A stretch of 64,000 nucleotides of DNA from IMG/VR virus record IMGVR_UViG_3300027969_000078. One strand, 5' to 3'. This DNA comes from an uncultured virus (IMG/VR IMGVR_UViG_3300027969_000078). Lineage: Duplodnaviria; Heunggongvirae; Uroviricota; Caudoviricetes. The first letter of the stretch is position 1; every line of letters begins with the position of its first letter. Under the pieces are notes generated by a model. The model ran no database searches and was not told the DNA's origin. It saw nothing but the letters and a program-made list of their open reading frames with translations. This document shows positions 37,357 through 46,321 of this stretch, piece after piece. The translations under genes were made by a program, and so were the position numbers.

Positions 37357-38355
37357 ATGAACTTAGTAGAGAAGGCAGTCTCTAATGGCGGCAAATTAGC
37401 CCCGTTAGTTATACCCAACGGTCTTACATCTGGAACAGGTTTGATGAACCCTTCCATTTATGTAGACCACGATAATGATATTCTGGTCAATCTTCGTCAC
37501 GTTAACTATACCTTAGTACACGCCGAAAACCAGCAAAGTTTTCCCAGTCGTTATGGTCCTTTGACCTACCTGCACCCTGAAAAAGATCAACGCTTGGTAA
37601 CCGAAAACTATTTGTGCCGCCTTGATAGCGACTTGAATATGGCCGACTTTACCAAGGTTGAAATGCAGTCGCTACACGAACCCATTTGGGAATTCGTGGG
37701 GCTTGAGGATGCTCGTGTTGTCCAATGGAACAATGAGTACTACCTTATTGGAGTCCGCAGAGACACCACCACAACTGGCATTGGTCGTATGGAATACACG
37801 CAGATTGACCTTGATAAGGCTAATTGGACAGCGAAGGAAATTCATCGCAAGCGCATAGCGGCTCCTGATGCGGATGACTCATACTGCGAAAAGAACTGGA
37901 TGCCTGTAGTAGATAGACCTTATACCTTCGTAAAGTGGACTATGCCTACCGAGGTTGTTTATTCCAGTCCATTTGGACAAGATACTGAGCAAATAATGTT
38001 GCGCCACACACCAGTACCTACCAAGGATCAACGAGGCGGCTCGCAGGTAATTAGGTGGGGCAATATGTACATCTGCATTACCCACGAAGTAGATTTGTTC
38101 AAGAATTACCTGCAACAAAAGGATGCCATCTACCGCCATCGCGTAGTTATATGGGATCAACAATTTAACTTTGCAGGTATGTCTGAGCCGTTTAGTTTCC
38201 TAGACGCCCGTGTGGAATTCTGTGTAGGTGCGGCTGAATACAATGGCAACTTGTTGGTCAGTTTTGGCTTTCAGGACAACGCGGCATTTGTACTGAGCGT
38301 GCCTAAAGTTGTTGTTGATGACCTTATTTTGGAAGGATTAAAGTATGAGCATTGA
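37357..38355 (+). CDS. Five-bladed beta-propeller glycosyltransferase/phosphorylase-like protein (GH130/GT91/GT108-like)
   Basis: NPSI, GLEDARVV, EKNWMP, RGGSQ and VEFCVG motifs; start moved to ATG 37357 to avoid the portal overlap. Confidence 0.6.
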   Translation: MNLVEKAVSNGGKLAPLVIPNGLTSGTGLMNPSIYVDHDNDILVNLRHVNYTLVHAENQQSFPSRYGPLTYLHPEKDQRLVTENYLCRLDSDLNMADFTKVEMQSLHEPIWEFVGLEDARVVQWNNEYYLIGVRRDTTTTGIGRMEYTQIDLDKANWTAKEIHRKRIAAPDADDSYCEKNWMPVVDRPYTFVKWTMPTEVVYSSPFGQDTEQIMLRHTPVPTKDQRGGSQVIRWGNMYICITHEVDLFKNYLQQKDAIYRHRVVIWDQQFNFAGMSEPFSFLDARVEFCVGAAEYNGNLLVSFGFQDNAAFVLSVPKVVVDDLILEGLKYEH

Positions 38356-38902
38356 GGACTTGGTAATTGACCTATCCAAAGACCCGTTCAACCCACAACT
38401 AAACTTTGATGCTGCCGAGGCATATCTGGCATTAAACCAGAGTGCTAGTGCCGTGTCGTTCTACCTACGCTGTGCTGAATATAGCAACAAAAGTTCTTTG
38501 CTCACCTACACATCCTTGCTCAGGATATCTCAGTGCTTTAACGACCAGACTGGTAGAGAACACAGCGTAAGCAACTGCATATTGCAGGCAATTACGGTAC
38601 AGCCTGATCGCCCAGAGGCTTGGCTGTTGTTGTCTAAGTTCTATGAGTCTATGGGTCAATGGCAAGAAGTTTATACATATGCGCACGTTGGACTTGGCTG
38701 TTATGGAGAAGAACAACTGCCAGCCGATATAGGTTACGCTGGGACTTATACGCTGTACTTCCAAAAGGCAATAGCCGCTTGGTGGATAGGTCGTAAGGAC
38801 GAGGCACTTAATACGCTTAAGATTCTATCTAGTATGGACATCAACCCTATGTACAAGGATGCCGTTGCCTATAACTTGGAGAAACTAAATGCTCTGCTTT
38901 GA
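38345..38902 (+). CDS. TPR-repeat protein
   Basis: SAVSFYLRCAE...QPDRPEAWLLLSKFYE...AAWWIGRKDEA. Confidence 0.8.
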   Translation: MSIEDLVIDLSKDPFNPQLNFDAAEAYLALNQSASAVSFYLRCAEYSNKSSLLTYTSLLRISQCFNDQTGREHSVSNCILQAITVQPDRPEAWLLLSKFYESMGQWQEVYTYAHVGLGCYGEEQLPADIGYAGTYTLYFQKAIAAWWIGRKDEALNTLKILSSMDINPMYKDAVAYNLEKLNALL

Positions 38903-39551
38903 TATTGGTGCAAATCGTGGCGACTTTACTTTTGCCGCACTAGATAAAGGTTATGATGTTGTTGCTATTGAAGCAGCGCCAAAAGTATTTGGTGAACTTG
39001 TCAGCAACTTTATCTATAACCCACACGTAACCCCACTTAAATATGCCGTAAGTGGTAGCGATTACGAACGCGTAGAGTTTTACGAAGCCGAGGAAGATGG
39101 TTTATCTACCATTAACCTTGACTGGCTTACGAATGAGTCTATGCCTTATGCGGGCAAACCTTACAGAACCATAGCCGCAACAACAATTACTCTTGACACA
39201 TTAGCCCTAAAGTACGGAGTGCCTGACCTTATCAAGATTGATGTTGAAGGTGCAGAATGGTCCGTGTTCAAAGGACTTAGTTCCAAGATGGGAACGATTG
39301 CCTTTGAGTGGACTTTAGAAACTATGGCTGACCATCAACTACAACTTGAGTATTTATTACACGGCGGTTATAGTCAAGTAGGGTGCCAATATATTGAACA
39401 TCATTGCCAACAACCTGATGTTTGGTTTGACCTTAAAACTTTTGACCTAAACGCTTGGCACAATAAGAATAAAGTCTTATGGGAAAGCGGTTATTGGAAA
39501 AAGTCAGGCTTACGCCCCACAGCCGATGTTGGAATGCTGTGGGTGCGTTAA
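38889..39551 (+). CDS. FkbM-family SAM-dependent methyltransferase
   Basis: FDIGANRG...AIEA...TLD...LIKIDVEGAE. Confidence 0.9.
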   Translation: MLCFDIGANRGDFTFAALDKGYDVVAIEAAPKVFGELVSNFIYNPHVTPLKYAVSGSDYERVEFYEAEEDGLSTINLDWLTNESMPYAGKPYRTIAATTITLDTLALKYGVPDLIKIDVEGAEWSVFKGLSSKMGTIAFEWTLETMADHQLQLEYLLHGGYSQVGCQYIEHHCQQPDVWFDLKTFDLNAWHNKNKVLWESGYWKKSGLRPTADVGMLWVR

Positions 39552-39556
39552 GCCGA

Positions 39557-42500
39557 TTACGAAGTTACCGTTGCTTTTGTTAGAACGATGGACCCAGGAC
39601 CAGTTACTGGTGTAACTGGAGTAAGTTTACTTGTGCGAGGATATGTGCTGCTTGCGTCAAAGTAACCCGACAGTACGCTACCGCTTCCGTTATTAGTGAG
39701 AACTGGTTTACCAAAAATGGGGCTTTGAGGCCCAGTGTATGAGTTCCAAGTAACTCCACCGTCTGTGGATGTTTTATACGCACCGCTTGTGCCAGCATCA
39801 CCGCCGCCTGCGATTGCAATAGTGCTACCAACCTGAGTGGCTAAGCCAAAGTCTCCAGAAAGACCTACATTGCTTGTATTTATCCAAGTACCATTTAAGG
39901 TTGCGCACCTAAAAACAGTACCATCGCTAGCAATGTAAACATATGAACCATCAAGATGTGTAAAGAAAAACGAACCAGGAGAATAAAACGCAGGAAATAG
40001 CCCGCTAGAAACATACTGTGTCCAAGTGCCACTGGTTGGGTTTGCGTTAGAGTTGGTCCAGAATGTGATTGTTCCAAATGAAGGTCTGTCGGTAATTATC
40101 CACATACCATTTGTATAAGTAATGCCTTGTAATCTACTACTTGACCACGCGCCGCCGTTATTGCTTGAAGTATAAGTTACATTGTCAGTAGATGCATAAA
40201 CTTCATTTGGGGTAACATAAACATATCTTCCATTCGCGTATGCCAGAGAAGGATAAAGTTCATTCTGCGCAGAAAGAAAATTGAAATTCCAGTTAATTCC
40301 ATCAGTTGAATTAACTGCAACGCCATTAGAAATCACAACAAATCCTTGTGGACCACCAACTGCATTTACGGGGCTGCTACTAAAAGGACCAGGGTTGTTG
40401 TATTGAGTCCAAGTTACCGCATCTGATGACAAGTAGTAGTATGAACCAGATGGCGGGATAGCAATGTACTTACCTAAACCTGACGAATAAGCAACAGTCA
40501 CGCCATATGAAGGCATAAAAAATGCAGCAGACTCTAGTGTGCTACCCGCTTCAAGTGCTTTTGCTGTAATCATAGAGATAGATGTTGCATTTGTAGCAAG
40601 CGTCGCGGTTCCTGCTGAAGTACCGTCTGAAGGTGTGATTGTTGTTCCACCTAGAATTGCAATAATCCCAGTACCGTTAGATGTGTAGTTATAGGCACCA
40701 GCGGTTGCACTAATTGCCGCAGTTTGAGCGCCTGCAACCCCGCCAGGATAGTAAACAGAAACTGGACTTTCAACCGACTGCCAAGATGAGGTTGTTCCAT
40801 TTGTACTAAGATACTTGCCTGAGTTGCCAGTTTGACTTGGCACTACATAAGTTGTAGAGTCGGTAGCCACAAGAGTCTTGCTAGATGGAATAGTTGTTCC
40901 ATTGATAGATGTAGCAGTAGCCACACCGAGCACTGGAGTTATAAGTGTTGGGGTATTATCTACTACAAATTTAGTACCAGTACCAGTCTGTGATGCAATA
41001 GATGTTGCTGCGCCCACAGAGGTAATTGGACCAGTTAGATTGGTTGGCGCTATGACTGTTGTATCAAGATAGTTCTTGGTTACTACATCTTGTGCATTGG
41101 TAGGGTTGCCAACACCAGTAATCTTGTTGGTTCCCATAGCAATAGCACCCGACATTGTTCCACCAGCAAGTGGAAGCATAGTGTCAGCGTAAGCCTTGGT
41201 AGACGCATCTGTACTAACTGTAGGAGTTCCAAGACCTGTAATCTTATTAGAACCCATTGCGATAGCGCCTGACATCGTGCCACCAGCAAGAGGCAACTTA
41301 TTGGCTGCGTTTGCTACTGTTGCATACGTTGACGAAAGATTTACTGCTCCAGTTAATCCATCAACCGATAGAACTGAGTCAGTTGGTGTAAGTAGTTCCT
41401 GCCAGTTTCCAAGCGTAGATGCTGGAGTTGCTGTCAGGATAAAGGTTTTATTAACATCTGTTCGTACTGCAACATCTCCAGTTTGAGCAGTAAGAGCAAG
41501 CATTGCGGACTGTGTGGAGACAACAAATGTATCAGTAATGGTAACGTCTGGAATCTGAGCAGTTGTCAACTTACCATCTGCACCAAGTGACGCGACTCCA
41601 TTTGCTGCTCCCTTTTGAGTCAAAGGAATCATCAAATCGGCGTATGCCTTTGTTGCCGCATCAGTGCTTAATGTTGGTGTTCCAAGACTTGTAATTTTGA
41701 AACCACCGTTAGATACATCTGCGGTTGGGTTAGCAATCTTGGTGCGAGCAATAGCAGCAGAGTTATCAATGTCAGCATCTACAATGGTTCCGTTAGCAAT
41801 CATTGCGCTAGTAACAGTTCCTGTATCTGCCACCGTTACGGCTGTGCCGCTAATCTTTGTTTTGTCTATTGCTGCAGCGGAATTTATATCAGCGTTAACA
41901 ATAGTTCCATTGGCAATCATTGTGCTTGTAACTGTTCCAGTATCTGATTGAGTTACAGCAGTTCCAGCAATCTTTGTTGCTGTGATAGCAGCAGAAGCAT
42001 TAATGTCAGCATCTATAATGGTGTTAGCACCAATGGCTACTGTAATGGAAGCGTTAGCAGTTCCATCGAATGATGCAGAAGTACCGCTTACATCTCCTGC
42101 AAGGCTAATTGTGCGACCTGCAGCAAGGGCTGTGGCTGTGGCTGCGTTACCTGTAGTAGAACCAGAAGAACCAGTTACATTGCCTGTCACATTGCCTGTA
42201 AGGTTACCTGTTACGTTACCAGTAAGGTTACCTGTAAATGTTCCTGCAATAGCACCAGTACCAGTAATAGTTGGGCTTGTTAAAGTCTTATTAGTAATTG
42301 TTTGAGTTGTATCAGTTCCCACCAGAGTTGTTGTAGCATCTGGAATAGTTACTGTACGGTCAGCCGTAGGGTCTGCAACCGTAAGAGTTGTTTCAAAAGC
42401 ATCTGGAGTAGCACCTTCAAATACAATGTTTCCATCACCAAGGGTGAGGCTTGTAATCGTAGGCGTTGTAATTACTGGGGCAGTTAGTGTCTTATTGGTA

Positions 42501-42922
42501 AGAGTTTGAGTCTTTGATGTACCTACTACGTTGCCTTCACCTGATGCAATACCATGCATAGGGTGAGTGATAGTGCCATCGTTGTATGCACCAGTTGCTT
42601 CGATGTGTAGGTTGGCTTCGCGGAAGTCGCGGCCAATTGCCATGTGGCGAATTGCTGCACCAGCAGAGTGAGCCTGTCCTGTACCAGCGTTTTCAATACC
42701 ACGTACAATTGTTAGTACGTTTGTGGCAACGGCGGTAACATCTACAATTTCTTCAAGCGCTGTATCTGGGTCGATAACAGCGGTAAATGTTGTGCCAGCA
42801 GGGATGTCTGCTCCACCACGCAACGCTGAGCCTGATACTACAGTAGCGGTTGTTGCCGTATCTGTAATGCCTGCTGCTAGAGTAGTTTGCTGGGAACGGG
42901 ATGAGTATTTTCTTGTTGTCAT
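39557..42922 (-). CDS. Tail fibre: phage B shaft plus Asp-box/BNR beta-propeller C-terminus
   Basis: TGNVTGNL, IVNADI and LPLAGGTMSGAIAMG repeats; C-terminal SSDAVTW, STDGINW, STDGGVTW. Confidence 0.85.
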   Translation of the reverse strand: MTTRKYSSRSQQTTLAAGITDTATTATVVSGSALRGGADIPAGTTFTAVIDPDTALEEIVDVTAVATNVLTIVRGIENAGTGQAHSAGAAIRHMAIGRDFREANLHIEATGAYNDGTITHPMHGIASGEGNVVGTSKTQTLTNKTLTAPVITTPTITSLTLGDGNIVFEGATPDAFETTLTVADPTADRTVTIPDATTTLVGTDTTQTITNKTLTSPTITGTGAIAGTFTGNLTGNVTGNLTGNVTGNVTGSSGSTTGNAATATALAAGRTISLAGDVSGTSASFDGTANASITVAIGANTIIDADINASAAITATKIAGTAVTQSDTGTVTSTMIANGTIVNADINSAAAIDKTKISGTAVTVADTGTVTSAMIANGTIVDADIDNSAAIARTKIANPTADVSNGGFKITSLGTPTLSTDAATKAYADLMIPLTQKGAANGVASLGADGKLTTAQIPDVTITDTFVVSTQSAMLALTAQTGDVAVRTDVNKTFILTATPASTLGNWQELLTPTDSVLSVDGLTGAVNLSSTYATVANAANKLPLAGGTMSGAIAMGSNKITGLGTPTVSTDASTKAYADTMLPLAGGTMSGAIAMGTNKITGVGNPTNAQDVVTKNYLDTTVIAPTNLTGPITSVGAATSIASQTGTGTKFVVDNTPTLITPVLGVATATSINGTTIPSSKTLVATDSTTYVVPSQTGNSGKYLSTNGTTSSWQSVESPVSVYYPGGVAGAQTAAISATAGAYNYTSNGTGIIAILGGTTITPSDGTSAGTATLATNATSISMITAKALEAGSTLESAAFFMPSYGVTVAYSSGLGKYIAIPPSGSYYYLSSDAVTWTQYNNPGPFSSSPVNAVGGPQGFVVISNGVAVNSTDGINWNFNFLSAQNELYPSLAYANGRYVYVTPNEVYASTDNVTYTSSNNGGAWSSSRLQGITYTNGMWIITDRPSFGTITFWTNSNANPTSGTWTQYVSSGLFPAFYSPGSFFFTHLDGSYVYIASDGTVFRCATLNGTWINTSNVGLSGDFGLATQVGSTIAIAGGGDAGTSGAYKTSTDGGVTWNSYTGPQSPIFGKPVLTNNGSGSVLSGYFDASSTYPRTSKLTPVTPVTGPGSIVLTKATVTS
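40636..40762 (+). repeat. 127-bp exact direct repeat, copy 2
   Basis: Identical to 1-127. Confidence 0.97.
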
Positions 42923-42930
42923 TTATCTAC

Positions 42931-43848
42931 CTATCGGCTGTAGTGGACGCGAATTGGATATTGGGATTGCTGTCTTGCTGTCTCTTCATTAAGGCGTTGC
43001 TGATAAAGAGCATAAAGTTGCTTAGTTGCCGACTGGCTAGCACCGTATGGACGCTTGTTATCTGTCTCATCGGCTTGTGGGCTAACCTGTGCTGCACGTG
43101 CTGGGTCTAGATATGTAAGAAGACGATATGCTGCGCCGAGAATTACTACGTCCCGTGTGGAATTTGGCAGACCAGTTTGTGTTGAATAGTCTTGTGTGTT
43201 TACTGTAAATGGTACTGGGTCTGTTGAATAAACAACTTTGATAGTACGACCTGGCTGAACATAGTCACCAATTGTGACAGTCTGTGCTCCAGCACCAAAT
43301 GCTGTGTTTGATGCAAGCGAATCCCATGACCAATGGCGAACTGGGAACCATTCCTGAGAAGGTCCAATGTCCTGCCACATGATTGACATGATGTTCATGA
43401 TGTTTAAGTTGTTGAATGCATAAGTTGTCTGTGCTGCATTGAACTCAAATGTTGTTGTTTTGACTGCAAAAATAGTTGAACCAAAGGCAGCAATAGTATC
43501 ATTGATTGCCTTCTTTACAACGTAGCGAGGGAAGGTTGGAGTAATTGTAACCTTTGTTCCAGCAGTGTGTGCATCTCTTCCTGTACCTAGGTAACCACGA
43601 CCCCAAGGCGGAACTGTGGCTGTATTAGATACACGGTCAAATGAGTCCAACCAGATAAGTTCTTCGTCAATCTCAATTGCTCCCTTACCGATGTTATCGG
43701 TTGAGGCTAATTGTAGAACAACTGGCGCAGCAATTGTTGATGCAGCGTCAGTTAGATTCTGAGTAATATAGGTTGCTCTATCCTGCTGGTATGTATAACC
43801 TGCAAGGTTGATGAGTACTTCATCAATCATATCGGAAAGATTTGGCAT
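42931..43848 (-). CDS. Podovirus head-tail adaptor/tail tubular A-like protein
   Basis: LSDMIDEV...AINDTI...VILGAAYRL; precedes the fibre. Confidence 0.6.
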   Translation of the reverse strand: MPNLSDMIDEVLINLAGYTYQQDRATYITQNLTDAASTIAAPVVLQLASTDNIGKGAIEIDEELIWLDSFDRVSNTATVPPWGRGYLGTGRDAHTAGTKVTITPTFPRYVVKKAINDTIAAFGSTIFAVKTTTFEFNAAQTTYAFNNLNIMNIMSIMWQDIGPSQEWFPVRHWSWDSLASNTAFGAGAQTVTIGDYVQPGRTIKVVYSTDPVPFTVNTQDYSTQTGLPNSTRDVVILGAAYRLLTYLDPARAAQVSPQADETDNKRPYGASQSATKQLYALYQQRLNEETARQQSQYPIRVHYSR

Positions 43849-44117
43849 TAATTTATAGTCCTCAATGCTGCAAGAGCAGATAGTCCAGTAGTAGATGCTA
43901 ACTCATTACAGATAGCGTTAAGATTCTTATAGTTATTAGGTTGACGATTAACATCAGCCTTATAGTTAAGAGCAGCGATTATACCCTTGCCAGTTGTCCC
44001 AGCCCAGGCATTGGCAGCACCCTGCGATGCTTTAAATGCGGTCATCAGTGGATAATTGCCACCATTTGCTAAACGATTAAGTTCAGCGGTCATTGATAAA
44101 CCAGGGGTGCTTGCCAT
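43848..44117 (-). CDS. Hypothetical protein
   Basis: TAATG-coupled ORF. Confidence 0.6.
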   Translation of the reverse strand: MASTPGLSMTAELNRLANGGNYPLMTAFKASQGAANAWAGTTGKGIIAALNYKADVNRQPNNYKNLNAICNELASTTGLSALAALRTIN

Positions 44118-44154
44118 AGCCTTAGCCTCTTTCTAAATTGTTTATTTGGTTTTA

Positions 44155-45045
44155 TTACTTAGGTGTGTTAGCATCCCAGCGTTTTCCTGCAGATAGTTTG
44201 GTAACTGCAGCCTTCGCCTTTGATGCTGCCTTTGATGCTGCAGGAGCAGCGGCCTTCTTAGCAACAGTCTTCTTAGCAGCAGTTGTTGTTGCCTTCTTTG
44301 CTACTGTTGAAACGCCTCTTGCCTTAGCAGCGGCTACCATTGCATCGTACTGTGATTGCGATACTGGCTTGCCTGCCTTGGCAGCGGCTCTTCCTGCTGC
44401 CACTGATGCTGTGTCTTTAATCTTTACAGATGCAGAAGAAGCCTTAGTTGCAGCCTTAGATACAACCTTTGGAGCAACCTTCTTGATTTCTCCAGTAAGT
44501 GCTGCTTGCGCCCACTTATTCTTCATTAGTCCAGGAGCAAGTTTGGTAGCAAGTGAAGCGCCTCTTCCGCGACTCGCAAGAAGAAGTCCTGCTGCTGCCA
44601 CTGTTCCAGCAACTGCTGCTGCTGTGCCCTTGTTGATTCCACCACCGCTTGACTTCTTTGCAGGAGTCTTCATTGGTGCTGGTGAATACTTTGTTGATGC
44701 CTTAGGCGCTGCTGCAGCCGATGGCTTGCTAGCGTACTTTGGGTTATAAACCTTCTGCTTAGGCGCTGATGCAGAACTTGCATTCTTTGGATTGTAAATC
44801 TTTTGCTTGGCTCCAGTTGATGCCGCTGCCTTCTTAGGTGCAGCACCAGTCGCAGCAGCGAAACGCTTATCTCCGTATAGGCGACGTGTTGCTTCTTGGT
44901 ATTCAGCAACAAGACCAGCCTGCGGTGACTTAGCGTTCATCTTAGCCAGTTTAAGGGCCTTAGCCATTCCCAATCCTTTGATATCATTAATCGTAGATTG
45001 TGATACCTTAACTTTCTTATTCCATGTGCTCTTATCAACAGCCAT
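44155..45045 (-). CDS. Lys/Ala-rich histone-H1-like protein
   Basis: AAKKTVAKKAAAPAASKA; internal KQKxYNPK repeat. Confidence 0.65.
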   Translation of the reverse strand: MAVDKSTWNKKVKVSQSTINDIKGLGMAKALKLAKMNAKSPQAGLVAEYQEATRRLYGDKRFAAATGAAPKKAAASTGAKQKIYNPKNASSASAPKQKVYNPKYASKPSAAAAPKASTKYSPAPMKTPAKKSSGGGINKGTAAAVAGTVAAAGLLLASRGRGASLATKLAPGLMKNKWAQAALTGEIKKVAPKVVSKAATKASSASVKIKDTASVAAGRAAAKAGKPVSQSQYDAMVAAAKARGVSTVAKKATTTAAKKTVAKKAAAPAASKAASKAKAAVTKLSAGKRWDANTPK

Positions 45046-45046
45046 G

Positions 45047-45325
45047 TTACCACTTTACCTTATCTGCCCAATATGCGGCACTCATTTTTCCTTTGGATAT
45101 ATTACTTGCATGTCTTGCCTTAAAAGACTTGCGTCGTGCAGCATATGCAGCAGACTCCCCAGCCTTCTTAGGGGAACCACTTACGCCCTGTTGGCCGAAG
45201 CGAATAGTTTTAACCTTGTCCCCAACCTTGGCCACAACAACGTGTGATTTCTTAGGATGTGTAGGTGTGCGCTTAGGCTTGTTAAAGCCTGACACACCTG
45301 CTCGCTTTAGTCTAGGGTCAATCAT
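45047..45325 (-). CDS. Basic phage protein (RFGQQG...SAAYWADKVKW family)
   Basis: Recognisable conserved phage motif. Confidence 0.7.
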   Translation of the reverse strand: MIDPRLKRAGVSGFNKPKRTPTHPKKSHVVVAKVGDKVKTIRFGQQGVSGSPKKAGESAAYAARRKSFKARHASNISKGKMSAAYWADKVKW

Positions 45326-45742
45326 TTAGCGAATCACTGGTCCGCGCATACCGCCGCCGCCGAGCATACCGCCACCCATACCGCGTCCTCCGCGTGGGGT
45401 TACCTTAACTACTGGCTTACTTGCATTTCTTCCTTTTTGTGCCTGCTTATCCAAAGTAGTCTTTGATGCTGCTTGCTTATTCTGCTTCTTAATAATCTGA
45501 GCGTTAGCCTTCTTTTCGTTGGCTGCCTTAACTTCCATAGCCTTGATTTGGTCAGCAAGTTTGCTAAGTCTAGCCATTTCAGCATTGGTAAACGGCTGGC
45601 GTGGTGTCATTGATGGGCTTAATCCTGGTAGAAGAGCCTTGCCAAGAACTGTTACCGAAGAACTAATCTTCATAGCATTTTTGCCTGCAGGATTACTGGC
45701 TGCTGGATTAGTGCTCTTCTTAGTTACTTTACGAACTGCCAT
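45326..45742 (-). CDS. Basic hypothetical protein with Gly/Arg/Met tail
   Basis: ORF in operon. Confidence 0.6.
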   Translation of the reverse strand: MAVRKVTKKSTNPAASNPAGKNAMKISSSVTVLGKALLPGLSPSMTPRQPFTNAEMARLSKLADQIKAMEVKAANEKKANAQIIKKQNKQAASKTTLDKQAQKGRNASKPVVKVTPRGGRGMGGGMLGGGGMRGPVIR

Positions 45743-45743
45743 T

Positions 45744-45923
45744 TTACTTACCCTTTTTCTTTACAACGCCAGAGACTTTCTTCAAGCGTGGATTAGCCTT
45801 TACTGCTTTCTTTGATGCTTTGCGAGCGCCAGCGGCTAGGATTGCTCCTGCGCGTTCCATAGGGATGCCCTGCTTTGCAGCAATCTTCTTCTGTACTGCT
45901 TTAAATCCTGGATGCTTCTTCAT
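45744..45923 (-). CDS. 59-aa basic protein
   Basis: Hand-translated MKKHPGFKAVQKKIAAKQG...AGAILAAGARKAS...NPRLKKV. Confidence 0.7.
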   Translation of the reverse strand: MKKHPGFKAVQKKIAAKQGIPMERAGAILAAGARKASKKAVKANPRLKKVSGVVKKKGK

Positions 45924-46151
45924 TTACTTTCTCCGATACTTGCTATCGTATTGCATCTTAAACTCGTCAACATACTGCTTGTATGTCCAGTCTCCTGCCC
46001 TGTAGGCTGCAGATTGCTTATACTGTGCTAGTGTTGGTGGTGTAAACTTAGGTGTTGGCGTTGCCTTTGGCTTTGGTGTTACCTTTGGTTTAGCAGTAGG
46101 CGTTGCCTTTGGCTTGATTGTTCCTAGTGGTTTCTTCATCATCCCTGCCAT
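45924..46151 (-). CDS. Pro/Lys-rich small protein
   Basis: PKATPT repeats. Confidence 0.6.
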   Translation of the reverse strand: MAGMMKKPLGTIKPKATPTAKPKVTPKPKATPTPKFTPPTLAQYKQSAAYRAGDWTYKQYVDEFKMQYDSKYRRK

Positions 46152-46153
46152 GA

Positions 46154-46321
46154 TTACATGCCCTTCTTGCGAACCATTGTTGACTTCTTAGCAACACGCT
46201 TAGCAGTCTTCTTGGCAACCTTCTTAGCGCCATATTCCTTTAGGCGCATAGCAGGAGATTCTGTCTTTTCGTGCTTCTTCATAGCAGCCATTGACTTGTA
46301 CTTCTCACCTTTTGCTGACAT
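46154..46321 (-). CDS. 55-aa basic protein
   Basis: Hand-translated MSAKGEKYKSMAAMKKHEKTE...AKKVAKK. Confidence 0.65.
   Translation of the reverse strand: MSAKGEKYKSMAAMKKHEKTESPAMRLKEYGAKKVAKKTAKRVAKKSTMVRKKGM

Larger units (their letters stand above)
1..40635. mobile_element. Phage A: apparently complete circular/permuted siphovirus-like actinophage genome (40,635 bp)
   Basis: Full set of TerS/TerL, portal, MuF, protease, MCP, tail tube, TAC, TMP, Dit and lysin, plus WhiB; bases 1-127 recur at 40636-40762. Confidence 0.85.

Noticed and set aside
1..40762. 127-bp repeat as attL/attR or as a DGR template/variable pair
   Set aside because: No integrase or reverse transcriptase seen; the copies are identical with no adenine-specific differences and lie inside a fibre gene
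44138..45815. + strand ORFs of 98-203 aa opposite the basic proteins, and similar antisense ORFs elsewhere
   Set aside because: Antisense shadows of biased-codon genes with no RBS or motifs
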